The notes under the pieces: model-generated
Seen by the model: only the letters and a program-made list of their open reading frames with translations
Told to the model about the DNA's origin: nothing
Databases searched by the model: none
In this document: positions 44,431 through 54,355 of the stretch, in pieces
Layout of the letters: every line of letters begins with the position of its first letter
How positions within the stretch are numbered: position 1 is the first letter of the stretch
Assembly: GCA_965248575.1 (NCBI GenBank)
Contig: CBDFJQ010000002.1
Location: 1,376,001 to 1,440,000 of the forward strand
Reading direction: 5' to 3'
DNA from: Planctomycetota bacterium
Lineage (GTDB): Bacteria; Planctomycetota; B15-G4
Length of the DNA: 64,000 nt
Translations under genes and position numbers: made by a program

Positions 44431-45897
44431 TCATGAGCGCTTGCCTTCGCTCCCACGCTTGGTGGGGTCGGACTCCACATAGAAGGACAGGCCGCGCACA
44501 TTCTCATCCATGCCCAGGCGCGACCGGATCGGTGGGAACGCGCGCTGCCGGCAATCCATGCGCTCGCAGAGCCGGCACGTGGGGCCGATGGGCTCCGCCG
44601 CATCCAGGTTCTCGAGGTCGATGCCATCGGCGTAGACCAGCTCCCGAGCATGGGAGACATCACAACCCAGTCCGATGGCGAGGCGGCTCTGGGGCGCGCG
44701 GAAGCCGCCGCCCTCCTTGCGGACCGTGCGCGCGATGCAGAAGTAGGTCGTTCCATCGGGCATGCGCGAGAGCTGCGTCCGAATGAATCCCGGTTGCATG
44801 AACGCCGCGTGGACATTCCAACGCGGGCAGGCCCCGCTGAAGCGTGCGAAGCGGATGCCGCTCGCGCTGAAGTGCTTGCTGATGTTCCCTGCGATGTCGA
44901 CCCGGACCATGTGCAAGGGCACGCCTGCTTCTCCGGGTCGGTTGAGTGACGTCAGCCGTTGGCACACCTGCTCGAAGCTCGTTCGGAAGCGGTGCCCCAG
45001 CATCTCGACGTCGTAGCGCATCGCCCGCGCCGCTTCCAGAAAGGGCGTGTACGGCATCAGCAGGGCACCGGCAAAGTAGTTGGCGAGAGCCACCCTGCCG
45101 AGAGTTCGGCTGTCTTCCGTGGACAGGTTGCCCTGGGCCAGATAACCATCCAGGACAGGTCGGTGCTCGATCAGCGCGATCTGGTGAGCCAGCTGGAAGC
45201 TCCGGCTGCGCGGGGGCAAGACCTCCGAGAGCACCAGGCGACCGCGCGCGGCGTCGAAGCGCCGGACCGCTGAACCCGCTTCGTTGGCCGGAATGATGTC
45301 GACATCCACCCCATGGCGGTCGGCGAGATGCGCCATGAGCCCCCGGTCCAGGGATTCAGCCCGGGCGTCCGCCTCCGTCCGCAACTGGGAGGCTGCCGTC
45401 TCCAGCTCAGGAAAGTGGTTCATGCAGCTCTGCAGCAGGTCACTCACTTCCTCAGAAGGCAGGCGAGGGGGCTCCAAGCTCTCATCACCCCACCCGGTAC
45501 CAGCCAGCTGTTCCACCAGGACCGTGCGGTCCGTGATGCTCGCCCGATAGGCGCGATACAGGGAGACCACGGCCCGAGCCACTTCTGGCGCCACGTCCAC
45601 CACATCTTCCATCGCTGAGGGTGCCGGCGCGTCTCGCTCGAAGAGCCCATCACCGAAGACCTCTGTCAGGTCCTGGACCAGCAGGTTGCCGTCATCCTCC
45701 GCGAGGGATTGCAGCTCCAGCTCAAAGACCTGGGCGAGTTTGAGCAACAGGGCCACGGTCAGCGGCCGCTTGTCGTGCTCGAGCAGGTTGAGGTAGCTGG
45801 GCGAGATCCCCAGGGCCTCGGCCATCTGAGCCTGCGTCAAACCCCGGGCCAAGCGCTCCCTGCGCACGCGGTGCCCAAGTCTGTGGCGTCTGGCCAT
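44431..45897 (-). CDS. RamB/ScfR-family (short-chain fatty acyl-CoA) XRE transcriptional regulator
   Basis: N-terminal HTH (LTQAQMAEALGISPSYLNLLEHDKRPLT), FQLAHQ, NYFAGALLMPY, RVDIAGNISK, GACPRW, IGPTCRLCERMDCRQRAFP. Confidence 0.92.
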   Translation of the reverse strand: MARRHRLGHRVRRERLARGLTQAQMAEALGISPSYLNLLEHDKRPLTVALLLKLAQVFELELQSLAEDDGNLLVQDLTEVFGDGLFERDAPAPSAMEDVVDVAPEVARAVVSLYRAYRASITDRTVLVEQLAGTGWGDESLEPPRLPSEEVSDLLQSCMNHFPELETAASQLRTEADARAESLDRGLMAHLADRHGVDVDIIPANEAGSAVRRFDAARGRLVLSEVLPPRSRSFQLAHQIALIEHRPVLDGYLAQGNLSTEDSRTLGRVALANYFAGALLMPYTPFLEAARAMRYDVEMLGHRFRTSFEQVCQRLTSLNRPGEAGVPLHMVRVDIAGNISKHFSASGIRFARFSGACPRWNVHAAFMQPGFIRTQLSRMPDGTTYFCIARTVRKEGGGFRAPQSRLAIGLGCDVSHARELVYADGIDLENLDAAEPIGPTCRLCERMDCRQRAFPPIRSRLGMDENVRGLSFYVESDPTKRGSEGKRS

Positions 45898-46102
45898 GGG
45901 ATTCTCCTCGTTTGTGAAGCAAGGGCCCCATCGGCGCGTGACAAAGCTTTACAGCATTACAAATCCTATCTGTATGGATGTATGCATCCTTACACCTTAA
46001 CTAGCAATGACTTATTGACGATTCGGATTATTGGTCAATACTTCACATGTCGACAGAAGCGCCGCTCGACTGGGCCCGAAGCCTTCTCCGGACTTCCAGC
46101 AC
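45898..46102. promoter_or_regulatory. AT-rich divergent control region between the regulator and aceB, with candidate operator motifs
   Basis: TTTGTGAA (45911), TGACAAA/TTTACAG/TTACAAA (45939-45963), GGATG-N4-CATCC (45976-45989), TATTGAC-N14-GTCAATA (46013-46040). Confidence 0.55.
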
Positions 46103-47740
46103 ATGAATGTTCCACCCAGCGGTTCCGCAGCTGCCCCACGACCCAAGTCGGGGTCCATCGAGCTTCTCGCTCCGCGCAGCGACTTCTCGGATGTCGTCCT
46201 CAGCCCTGAAGCTCTTGAGTTCGCCGCCAAGCTCCAACGTCGTTTCGAACCTCGGCGACGGGAACTCATGGAGCGTCGTCGGATGCGCCAATCCGAACTC
46301 GACGCGGGCGATCGGCCGGATTTCCTGGAAGCCACCGCTGACATCCGCGCGAGCGATTGGACGGTGGCTCCGCTTCCGTCTGACCTGGCTGACCGGCGCG
46401 TCGAGATCACGGGCCCCGTCAGCCGCAAGATGGTCATCAACGCCCTCAACTCGGGCGCCAACGTTTTCATGGCCGACTTCGAGGACAGCAACTCCCCGAC
46501 CTGGGCCAACGTCATCGAAGGACAGGTGAACCTCGCGGACGCCGTGCGCGGCAGCATCGAGTACACCCACCCCGACTCAGGCAAGCACTATCGACTCGTG
46601 GATCAACCGGCCACGCTGCTCGTGCGACCACGCGGTTGGCACCTGCTCGAGAAGCACGTGCTCGTGGACGGCCAGCCCATCTCCGCCTCCATTTTCGACT
46701 TCGCGCTGTACTTCTTCCACAACGCGCGAGCGCTGCTCGAGCGCAACACGGGCCCCTACTTCTACCTGCCCAAGATGGAAAGCCATCTCGAGGCCCGGCT
46801 CTGGAACGACATCTTCTGCGAAGCGCAGGACGAGCTGGGCATCCCTCGCGGAACCATCAAGGCCACCGTCCTGATCGAGACCATCCTCGCTGCCTTCGAG
46901 ATGGATGAGATCCTCTACGAACTCAGGGAGCACAGCGCTGGCCTGAACTGCGGGCGTTGGGACTACATCTTCAGCTTCATCAAGCGCTTCGCCAAGCAAC
47001 CCGACTTCGTCCTGCCCGATCGCGCGCAGGTCGGGATGACGCAGCATTTCCTGCACAGCTATAGCCAACTGCTGATCAAGACCTGCCACCGTCGACGCGT
47101 GCACGCCATGGGTGGCATGGCGGCGCAGATCCCCATCAAGGGCGATGACACCGCGAACGAAGCCGCGCTCAACTCCGTGCGAGCCGACAAGCAACGCGAG
47201 GTCAGCAACGGCCACGACGGCACCTGGGTCGCCCACCCCGCACTGGTCCCCCTCGCGAAGGAGATCTTCGACGCGCAGATGACTGGCCCGAACCAACTGG
47301 ACATCGCTCGCGACGACGTGCACGTCACGGCCCGCGACCTGCTGTGGGTCCCCAAGGGGGACATCACGGAAGCAGGACTGCGACAGAACGTCAACGTAGG
47401 CGTCCAGTATCTGGAGGCCTGGCTGAACGGCAACGGTTGCGTCCCCCTCTACAACCTCATGGAAGACGCCGCGACGGCCGAGATCTCACGCACACAGATC
47501 TGGCAGTGGATCCGGCACCACGCCCAGATGGACGACGATCGCGTCGTCACGGCGGAGCTCTTCCGCAGCATCCTGTTCGAAGAATTGAAGTCCATTCGCG
47601 AGACCCTCGGCGACGCCCGCTTCGAGGGCGGCCGGTTCGCCGAAGCAGCCGGTCTCTTCGATGCCATGAGCACCGGCGAGGAGTGTGAGGACTTCCTCAC
47701 GATCCCCGCCTACGAACGAATCCTCACGCGCACGACCTGA
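46103..47740 (+). CDS. aceB: Malate synthase A
   Basis: [70 protein letters not shown]. Start placed at ATG 46103. Confidence 0.96.
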   Translation: MNVPPSGSAAAPRPKSGSIELLAPRSDFSDVVLSPEALEFAAKLQRRFEPRRRELMERRRMRQSELDAGDRPDFLEATADIRASDWTVAPLPSDLADRRVEITGPVSRKMVINALNSGANVFMADFEDSNSPTWANVIEGQVNLADAVRGSIEYTHPDSGKHYRLVDQPATLLVRPRGWHLLEKHVLVDGQPISASIFDFALYFFHNARALLERNTGPYFYLPKMESHLEARLWNDIFCEAQDELGIPRGTIKATVLIETILAAFEMDEILYELREHSAGLNCGRWDYIFSFIKRFAKQPDFVLPDRAQVGMTQHFLHSYSQLLIKTCHRRRVHAMGGMAAQIPIKGDDTANEAALNSVRADKQREVSNGHDGTWVAHPALVPLAKEIFDAQMTGPNQLDIARDDVHVTARDLLWVPKGDITEAGLRQNVNVGVQYLEAWLNGNGCVPLYNLMEDAATAEISRTQIWQWIRHHAQMDDDRVVTAELFRSILFEELKSIRETLGDARFEGGRFAEAAGLFDAMSTGEECEDFLTIPAYERILTRTT

Positions 47741-47807
47741 GCCCCGCCCCCACCACGAATCCCCCTCTGAACTCTCCACCTCTCACCCACCATCGACGGA
47801 CACCACC

Positions 47808-49094
47808 ATGTCAGCCAGCAACGGAAAGAACCGACTCCCCGCGGACGCCCCCCCAGCAGACGCGCCCAACCGTTTCGACGGAATCCGACGGGACTACACG
47901 CCCGAGGACGTGGCTCGCCTGGGCGGATCCCTTCCCATCGAGCAGACCCTCGCCAAGCACGGTGCTCAGAAGCTCTGGGGTTACCTGCACTCAGAGGACT
48001 ACATCAACGCGCTGGGTGCCCTCACCGGCAACCAGGCCATGCAGCAGGTGCGTGCGGGCCTCAAGGCCATCTACCTGAGCGGCTGGCAGGTTGCAGCAGA
48101 CGCCAACAACGCTGGCCAGATGTATCCCGACCAGAGCCTCTACCCCGTCAGCAGCGTCCCCGATGTGGTCCGCCGCATCAACCGCACCCTGCAGCGCGCT
48201 GACCAGATCCAGCACATGGAAGGCGGGTCGGACACCGATTGGTTCCAGCCCATCATCGCCGACGCCGAAGCGGGTTTCGGTGGACCACTGAACGCCTTCG
48301 AGCTCATGAAGAACATGATCGAAGCGGGTGCCGCCGGCGTGCACTTCGAAGACCAACTGGCGTCCGAAAAGAAGTGCGGACACCTGGGCGGCAAGGTCCT
48401 GGTGCCAACCCAATCCTTCATCCGCACCCTGAACTCCGCACGCCTCGCGGCCGACGTCATGGGTGTACCGACGGTGCTCATCGCTCGCACGGATGCGGAC
48501 AGCGCCAACCTGCTCACCGCGGACATCGATGAGCGGGACCGCCCCTTCTGCACGGGGGAGCGTACGCCCGAGGGCTTCTTCCGCATCAACGGCGGCCTCG
48601 ACAGTGCCATCGCCCGCGGGCTCAGCTATGCCCCTTACGCCGATCTCATCTGGTGTGAGACCAGCACGCCAGACCTGGATGACGCCCGGCGCTTCGCCGA
48701 CGCCATCCATGCCGAGTTCCCCGGCAAGTTGCTGGCCTACAACTGCAGCCCGTCGTTCAACTGGCGCGCCAAGCTAGACGAGTCCACCATCGCGAAGTTC
48801 CAGCGCGAGCTGGGTGCCATGGGCTACAAGTTCCAGTTCGTGACGCTCGCCGGCTTCCACAGCTTGAACCACTCCATGTTCGAGCTGGCCCGGGGCTACC
48901 GCGAGCGTGGCATGGCCGCCTACTCCGAGTTGCAGCAGGCCGAGTTCTGCTCAGAGGAGCAGGGCTACGGCGCGACCAAGCACCAGCACGAAGTGGGCAC
49001 CGGTTACTTCGACGCCGTCTCCAACGCGGTTTCAGGTGGCAAGTCGTCCACCACCGCCCTGGCGGGCTCGACGGAGACATCACAGTTCCACTGA
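47808..49094 (+). CDS. aceA: Isocitrate lyase
   Basis: [53 protein letters not shown]. Confidence 0.97.
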   Translation: MSASNGKNRLPADAPPADAPNRFDGIRRDYTPEDVARLGGSLPIEQTLAKHGAQKLWGYLHSEDYINALGALTGNQAMQQVRAGLKAIYLSGWQVAADANNAGQMYPDQSLYPVSSVPDVVRRINRTLQRADQIQHMEGGSDTDWFQPIIADAEAGFGGPLNAFELMKNMIEAGAAGVHFEDQLASEKKCGHLGGKVLVPTQSFIRTLNSARLAADVMGVPTVLIARTDADSANLLTADIDERDRPFCTGERTPEGFFRINGGLDSAIARGLSYAPYADLIWCETSTPDLDDARRFADAIHAEFPGKLLAYNCSPSFNWRAKLDESTIAKFQRELGAMGYKFQFVTLAGFHSLNHSMFELARGYRERGMAAYSELQQAEFCSEEQGYGATKHQHEVGTGYFDAVSNAVSGGKSSTTALAGSTETSQFH

Positions 49095-49181
49095 TCAGCT
49101 CCGACCGTCGGGTCCCACGGCCCGGGGAATGGATGGGGGCCGGAACATGTCCCGGCTCCTGACCATCCTGCCAAGGTCCTG

Positions 49182-49218
49182 CGGGGGCGAGTTGCACTCT
49201 GCGCGCAGCTCGCCCCCG
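49182..49218 (+). terminator. GC-rich hairpin downstream of aceA (possible terminator or stabiliser)
   Basis: CGGGGGCGAGTTGC / GCAGCTCGCCCCCG 14-bp stem with one G-U pair; only a weak U-tract follows. Confidence 0.45.
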
Positions 49219-49311
49219 TTGCATTCGGCACCCCCGCTCCGGTCGGCGCCCCGCCCTAGTTGGCGAAGCCGTCATCGGTGAGCCATGCCGTGCGAGGTAG
49301 ACTCCCGAACG

Positions 49312-49923
49312 ATGACAACTTCGCCAAGGGTCTCTCTTGCGGCTTGTGGGTGTTGCGGGCTCGTGCAACAACTCCCGGCAGCCGAACCCAAGCAGCGCAT
49401 CCGCTGCGTGCGTTGCCACACGTCCTTCGCCCAGCGACGTGATCGGCTGAGGAGCAACCGGCGCACCCTGGCCCTCGCCCTCAGCGCCCTCTTTCTCTAC
49501 CCCTTCGCCGTGGGCCTGCCCATCATGGAGGTCGAGCGCCTCGGCGCGACGCACAAGGCCAGCGTGCTCTCGGGCGGCATGGCACTGCTCAGCGACGGGC
49601 AGGTTCTGGTGGGCGTGGTGGTCTTGCTCTGCTCCGTCGTGCTGCCGCTGGGAAAACTCGCCGGTCTTTTCCTGCTCGCGGGCGCAGGCACCAGACTTCG
49701 ACCCACGCTCCGGGCCTGGACCTGGCACCTCGTCGAATGGACCGGACGTTGGGGCATGCTCGACGTGCTTCTGGTCGCCGTGCTGGTGGCCGTCCTCAAG
49801 CTGGGCCACATCGTGGAACTTCGTGCTGGCCCCGCGGCACTCGCCTTCACGGCCTGCGTGTTGCTCAACCTGGCGGCGAGCGCCAGCTTCCAGCCCCATA
49901 GTCTCTGGCGGAATTCCGCATGA
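49312..49923 (+). CDS. pqiA: Paraquat-inducible protein A (single PqiA domain)
   Basis: CGCC...CVRC zinc ribbon, YPFAVGLPIM, CSVVLPLGKL, GRWGMLDVLLVA. Confidence 0.88.
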   Translation: MTTSPRVSLAACGCCGLVQQLPAAEPKQRIRCVRCHTSFAQRRDRLRSNRRTLALALSALFLYPFAVGLPIMEVERLGATHKASVLSGGMALLSDGQVLVGVVVLLCSVVLPLGKLAGLFLLAGAGTRLRPTLRAWTWHLVEWTGRWGMLDVLLVAVLVAVLKLGHIVELRAGPAALAFTACVLLNLAASASFQPHSLWRNSA

Positions 49924-51323
49924 CGGACGACAGCCCTCCTGTGGCTCGCATCGACCCGGCGCCCTCGTGGTCCCCCATCTGGCTCGTGCCGCTGGCTGCG
50001 GCGGCACTGGCTGGCATCCTGGGCTGGCAGTCCTGGGGCGCCCTGGGAACGAGCATCGAGATCGCCTTCGAACAGGGCCACGGCATCAAGACCGGCGACA
50101 CCCTGCGCTACAAGGGCATCGTGGCCGGTGAGGTCACCGCCATGACCTTCGCCGATCGCCTGGGTGGGGTATCCGTGGAGGTCACACTCGACTCGGCCGC
50201 CACCAGCCTGGCCGTGGCGGGCAGCCGGTTCTGGATCGTGCGCCCTCGCTTCGGCTGGACCGGTATCACAGGCCTCGACACCTTGATCGGTGACCGCTAC
50301 CTCGGCGTCATCCCCGGCGACGGCCCCGAACGACGTCAGTTCGTCGGCCTCGACCAGGCACCGATTCCCGACGCGCTCCTGCCTGGCTTGGACATCAAGT
50401 TGGAGGGCACATCGCGCGGCAGCATCGTCGCCGGCTCACCGGTCACCTACCGCCGCATCCACGTGGGCAGCGTGCTCTCGGTCAGCCTCGCCAGCGACAG
50501 CCGCAGCGTCGAGATCCTGGCACGCATCCGTCAGGAGTATTCGGCGCTGATCCAGGAAGGCACCCGCTTCTGGGAAACCAGCGGTGTCGGCCTCGATGTA
50601 GGCCTGACCGGTGCAGCATTCCACCTCGAAAGCCTGGAATCCCTGGTGCGCGGCGGCGTTTCCCTGGCCACGCCCACGGCAGACGGAGCACGTGTGTCCA
50701 CGGGACACCGCTTTGACTTGGACTCCAAGCCCGAGTCTGCCTGGCTTGCATGGCGCCCCGCCGTGCCCATCGGCCATTCGCTCTTACCGCCCGGCACATC
50801 GGTCCCGCACCCGCGCCGCGTCCAGCTGAGCTGGAGGCAAGGCACGCTCTGGTCGGGCGACGAGGTGCGCGAAGGTTGGGGGTTGCCGCTCTCCGGCGCG
50901 CTGCTGGCGCCCGCCGACCTGTTGACCGCCCCCGAGAAGGCCGATGAGGCAAGCGCCGCCTTGGAGGTCGCGGGGCTACGCCTGCCCGTCGAATCTGCAG
51001 CGGACATCGTCACGCCAGGCCTGGCCACACGCTCCATGCCCGAGGGCGCCGGTATGCAGGCCTGGCCCCGCGCCCAACAACGGGTCCCCACGCAGCCCGA
51101 AGACTGTCTGGTGGTGGCCGACCCCGGCTCGGCACCGCTGAGCATCGCTCCCGGCGGCTTCGATGTCACAGACGACGGCTGGCACGTCGACCGTGCTCTC
51201 CCGGTCGACAAGCGCTGGCACGGGGCACCGGTCCTCGCTCGCAAGGACGGCCGACTGATCGGGATCCTGCTCGTGGAGTCTGGAGGCGCCCGTGTGGTTC
51301 CCCTTCCGCGACTCCTTCCCTGA
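49920..51323 (+). CDS. pqiB: PqiB-like protein with two MCE domains and an unusual C-terminal domain
   Basis: WSPIWLVP TM; GIKTGDTLRYKGIVAGEV, SRFWIVRP, GLDTLIGDRY; second MCE GSPVTYRRIHVGSV, TRFWETSG, SLESLVRGGV. Confidence 0.82.
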   Translation: MTDDSPPVARIDPAPSWSPIWLVPLAAAALAGILGWQSWGALGTSIEIAFEQGHGIKTGDTLRYKGIVAGEVTAMTFADRLGGVSVEVTLDSAATSLAVAGSRFWIVRPRFGWTGITGLDTLIGDRYLGVIPGDGPERRQFVGLDQAPIPDALLPGLDIKLEGTSRGSIVAGSPVTYRRIHVGSVLSVSLASDSRSVEILARIRQEYSALIQEGTRFWETSGVGLDVGLTGAAFHLESLESLVRGGVSLATPTADGARVSTGHRFDLDSKPESAWLAWRPAVPIGHSLLPPGTSVPHPRRVQLSWRQGTLWSGDEVREGWGLPLSGALLAPADLLTAPEKADEASAALEVAGLRLPVESAADIVTPGLATRSMPEGAGMQAWPRAQQRVPTQPEDCLVVADPGSAPLSIAPGGFDVTDDGWHVDRALPVDKRWHGAPVLARKDGRLIGILLVESGGARVVPLPRLLP

Positions 51324-51383
51324 AGATCCTGCCCTCACACGTATCCGCCCGATCACACCTCACCCTCGCGACCTGACGCACCC

Positions 51384-52199
51384 ATGGCCCTCCCCGAAAC
51401 GAACGCCATCGTCTCCCAGAAGATCGAGATTGCCCCTGGCCTCGCAATCCTGCGGGTGGTCCCGGATGGCTGGGACCTTCCCGACTTCACGGCGGGCCAG
51501 TTCGCAGTGATCGGGCTGCCACCGGACGCGCCCCGCTGCGCAGGCGCTGAAGTAGAAGAGGCCCCGCCGCCACCGGAGCGCATGCTCAAGCGCGCCTATT
51601 CCATCGCCTCGTCCTCGCTCAGCAGCGAGTTCATGGAGTTCTACATCGCCTTGGTGCCCTACGGCGGGCTCACGCCACGGCTCTTTGCGTTGGAGCCGGG
51701 AAGCCGCATCTGGTTGGGGGCGAAGACGAGTGGACACTTCACGCTCTCCGAAGCGCCGGACGATGCCCACGTCATCTTCGTTGGCACGGGGACCGGCCTG
51801 GCACCGTACATGAGCATGCTGCGCACCTATCTAGAGGCTGGCTCCAGCCGCCACTTCGCCGTTCTGCATGGCGCCCGCCACTCCTGGGACCTGGGCTACC
51901 GCTCCGAACTCATGACGCTCACACGCCTCTGTGAGAACTTCCGCTACTTGCCGGTCGTCAGCCGCCCGGATGAAGAGCACGCCGGCTGGGATGGCCCCAC
52001 GGGTCACGTCCAGGACCTGTGGAGCAGCGGCCAGGTCGAGAAAGCCTGGGGCTTCCACCCCACCCCCGAGAACACACACGTCTTCCTGTGCGGAAGCCCC
52101 GGCATGATCGACAGCATGGTGGAGATGCTCGGTGAGGAAGGCTTCGTGGAGCAAACCCGATCCCAACCGGGACAGATCCACGTGGAGCGCTACTGGTAG
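51384..52199 (+). CDS. fpr: Ferredoxin--NADP+ reductase (bacterial type)
   Basis: FTAGQF, KRAYSIAS, GGLTPRL, GTGTGLAPYMSML, FLCGSPGMI, C-terminal ERYW. Confidence 0.9.
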   Translation: MALPETNAIVSQKIEIAPGLAILRVVPDGWDLPDFTAGQFAVIGLPPDAPRCAGAEVEEAPPPPERMLKRAYSIASSSLSSEFMEFYIALVPYGGLTPRLFALEPGSRIWLGAKTSGHFTLSEAPDDAHVIFVGTGTGLAPYMSMLRTYLEAGSSRHFAVLHGARHSWDLGYRSELMTLTRLCENFRYLPVVSRPDEEHAGWDGPTGHVQDLWSSGQVEKAWGFHPTPENTHVFLCGSPGMIDSMVEMLGEEGFVEQTRSQPGQIHVERYW

Positions 52200-52206
52200 C
52201 GCTGCC

Positions 52207-53442
52207 TCACTGCGGCTGGAGGCTCCGGGCCACCCACTCGGTGCGTGCTTCCAAGCTGGCGACGTCGGCTGGCATCCGCAACAACTGGGCCCCCTGAGCG
52301 TGCCGCTCGAGGACGCCTTCGACGATGGTCTGGAACATGAACTGGACCCAACGGTTGGACGAGCGCACACCATCGGCGTGCAAGGGCAACACGCCCCAGG
52401 GCAGCAACACGACCCTGTCCGTCCGTTCCAGCCGCTTGAGCGCGCGCGCCATGAAGCGATCCGTGTCGGCGGCGTCATGATGGAAGCCGTAGTAGATCCA
52501 GAAGGCCGCAAAGTCGGCGGCTGAACGGTCAGCGACGAAACCGTCTGTGGCGGCATCCTCTGCAGCGCACTGCTCGTCCCAGAGTTCGAGCAGCAGACGT
52601 CTCATCCCGCGGTGGTCGAGCTGATGCAGATCCAGACCGGCCTCCAGCCGGGTGCGCATGCCTTCCTCGATGAACGGCAGCCCCAGGCAATCGGCGAGCC
52701 GTCGCCCCAAGGACGTCTTGCCGGTCCCCGCGGAACCGGAGAGCGACAGCCGCACGCCACGTGCGCTCTGCAAGCCGGCCGACAGGTCGTCGAGCGGCGC
52801 CGCGCCGAGCCCAGACTCCCCCATCCACGGCCGCTCCCCCATGCCGCTGAGGACTGCGCCCGCGACTGCCAACTGCAATCGGGTGTGGGAGGCCGCTGGC
52901 GGCGCAAAGCGAAGCGCCTGGTCGAGGGGCAGCCCCAAGGACTCACACAGCACGATGCGGATGACACCGGAATGGGTGACGACGACGAGCTTCGAGTCGT
53001 CGTAGGTCGTCGTGTTCTCCCGCCACCAACTGCCGATGCGCTGCGCGGTGTCCTGCAACGACTCACCGCCCGGAGGTCGCGCGTGAAGATAGTCGTCCCA
53101 ATAGTCGTTGATGGCGTGCCCGAATTCTTCCGTCAGGCTACGCCAGGTGCGCCCTTCCCACTCGCCCATGGACTGCTCGCGCAACTGCGGCGTCGCCTCA
53201 TACGGGACACCCTTCGCTTCCGAGAGGCTTTGGGCAAGCTGCACGCAACGAGACAGGTCGCTGCAGACGATGCGGTCTGGGGCGGCCTCGCAGTTGGCGA
53301 ACCAGCGCACGAGCCGCTCATGCTGTGCCAGACCCTCGGGCGACAAGGCCGCATCCATGTGACCGCGCACGACCCTCTCTCCAAAGCCTTCGACCTCGCC
53401 GTGCCGCAGGAGGTGCACGTTGAGCGCACCCTGGGAAGGCAT
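52207..53442 (-). CDS. Histidine phosphatase (CobC-like) fused to a P-loop NMP-kinase/AAA_28-like domain
   Basis: LLRHGE, SDLSRC, LREQSMGEWEG, PPGGES, VTHSGVIR; then LSGSAGTGKTSL, FVADRSAAD, DGVR. Start placed at ATG 53442. Confidence 0.8.
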   Translation of the reverse strand: MPSQGALNVHLLRHGEVEGFGERVVRGHMDAALSPEGLAQHERLVRWFANCEAAPDRIVCSDLSRCVQLAQSLSEAKGVPYEATPQLREQSMGEWEGRTWRSLTEEFGHAINDYWDDYLHARPPGGESLQDTAQRIGSWWRENTTTYDDSKLVVVTHSGVIRIVLCESLGLPLDQALRFAPPAASHTRLQLAVAGAVLSGMGERPWMGESGLGAAPLDDLSAGLQSARGVRLSLSGSAGTGKTSLGRRLADCLGLPFIEEGMRTRLEAGLDLHQLDHRGMRRLLLELWDEQCAAEDAATDGFVADRSAADFAAFWIYYGFHHDAADTDRFMARALKRLERTDRVVLLPWGVLPLHADGVRSSNRWVQFMFQTIVEGVLERHAQGAQLLRMPADVASLEARTEWVARSLQPQ

Positions 53443-53515
53443 GACAGACTGAGTGGGCTTGTCGAAGTGCTCTCCGGCCGCGTGACCGCTGCGCGAAATC
53501 GCACTGTCTCGCGCG

Positions 53516-54355
53516 TCACCCACCCGGGGACCCACCCTTTGCAGGCTTCTCGCGATTCGCCCATGGCACGACGATCGGCCGCCCGTCCGGGGCCGTACCG
53601 AAGTGCAGGTGCTCACCGTAGACGGGCGTCAGCACTTCGGGCCGCAACACCTCCGCCGGCGGGCCGCGGGTCACCACACGTCCGTTCTGCAGGATCAGCA
53701 CGGACGTGGCGACCTGGCTCGCGAGATTGAGGTCATGGGTCACCAGGATCGCCGAACGTCCCTGGGCAACCTGGGCGGCTATGAGCTGGACAACGCGCAC
53801 CTGGTGTTCGGGGTCGAGCCCCGTGGTGGGCTCGTCGACCAGCAGCACGCGCGCGTCACTCGCCAAGGCACGCCCTAGCAATGCCCGCTGGCGCTGCCCT
53901 CCCGACAGGGTGCTCATGGGCCGGTCGCTTAGCTCCTCGACTTCCGTGGCACGCAGGGCACCCTGAACCGCGTCGCGATCCACTTCGGTAGGCCCGCGCC
54001 AGCGATCGATACGGGCGTAGCGTCCTGCCACCACGAACTGCTCCACGGTTACGTCGGGCAGCGTGTGCAAGGACTGCGGAACCAAGGTGATGCTTTTGGC
54101 GCGCTCGGACAGGGGTAGCGCCTGGAGGTCCCGACCGTCAAAGCTCACCTCTCCCTCATCTGCCTTCAGCAATCCACACAACAGGCGCAAGAGTGTGCTC
54201 TTGCCCGAACCATTCGGCCCGCAGACCACGAGCAACTCTGCAGGACCCAGGTGGAGGTCAACGCACGAGACGGCGCGGACATCACCTGGGTACTCGTAGG
54301 ACAGCCCCATGGCTTGCAACTCGGGAGAATCAGCGCCGACCGCGTCCTTCACCAC
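53516..54355 (-). CDS. ABC transporter ATPase, BtuD/FecE family
   Basis: GPNGSGKST, LSGGQRQR, LLVDEPTTGLD, THDLNLA. Confidence 0.9.
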   Translation of the reverse strand: MVKDAVGADSPELQAMGLSYEYPGDVRAVSCVDLHLGPAELLVVCGPNGSGKSTLLRLLCGLLKADEGEVSFDGRDLQALPLSERAKSITLVPQSLHTLPDVTVEQFVVAGRYARIDRWRGPTEVDRDAVQGALRATEVEELSDRPMSTLSGGQRQRALLGRALASDARVLLVDEPTTGLDPEHQVRVVQLIAAQVAQGRSAILVTHDLNLASQVATSVLILQNGRVVTRGPPAEVLRPEVLTPVYGEHLHFGTAPDGRPIVVPWANREKPAKGGSPGG

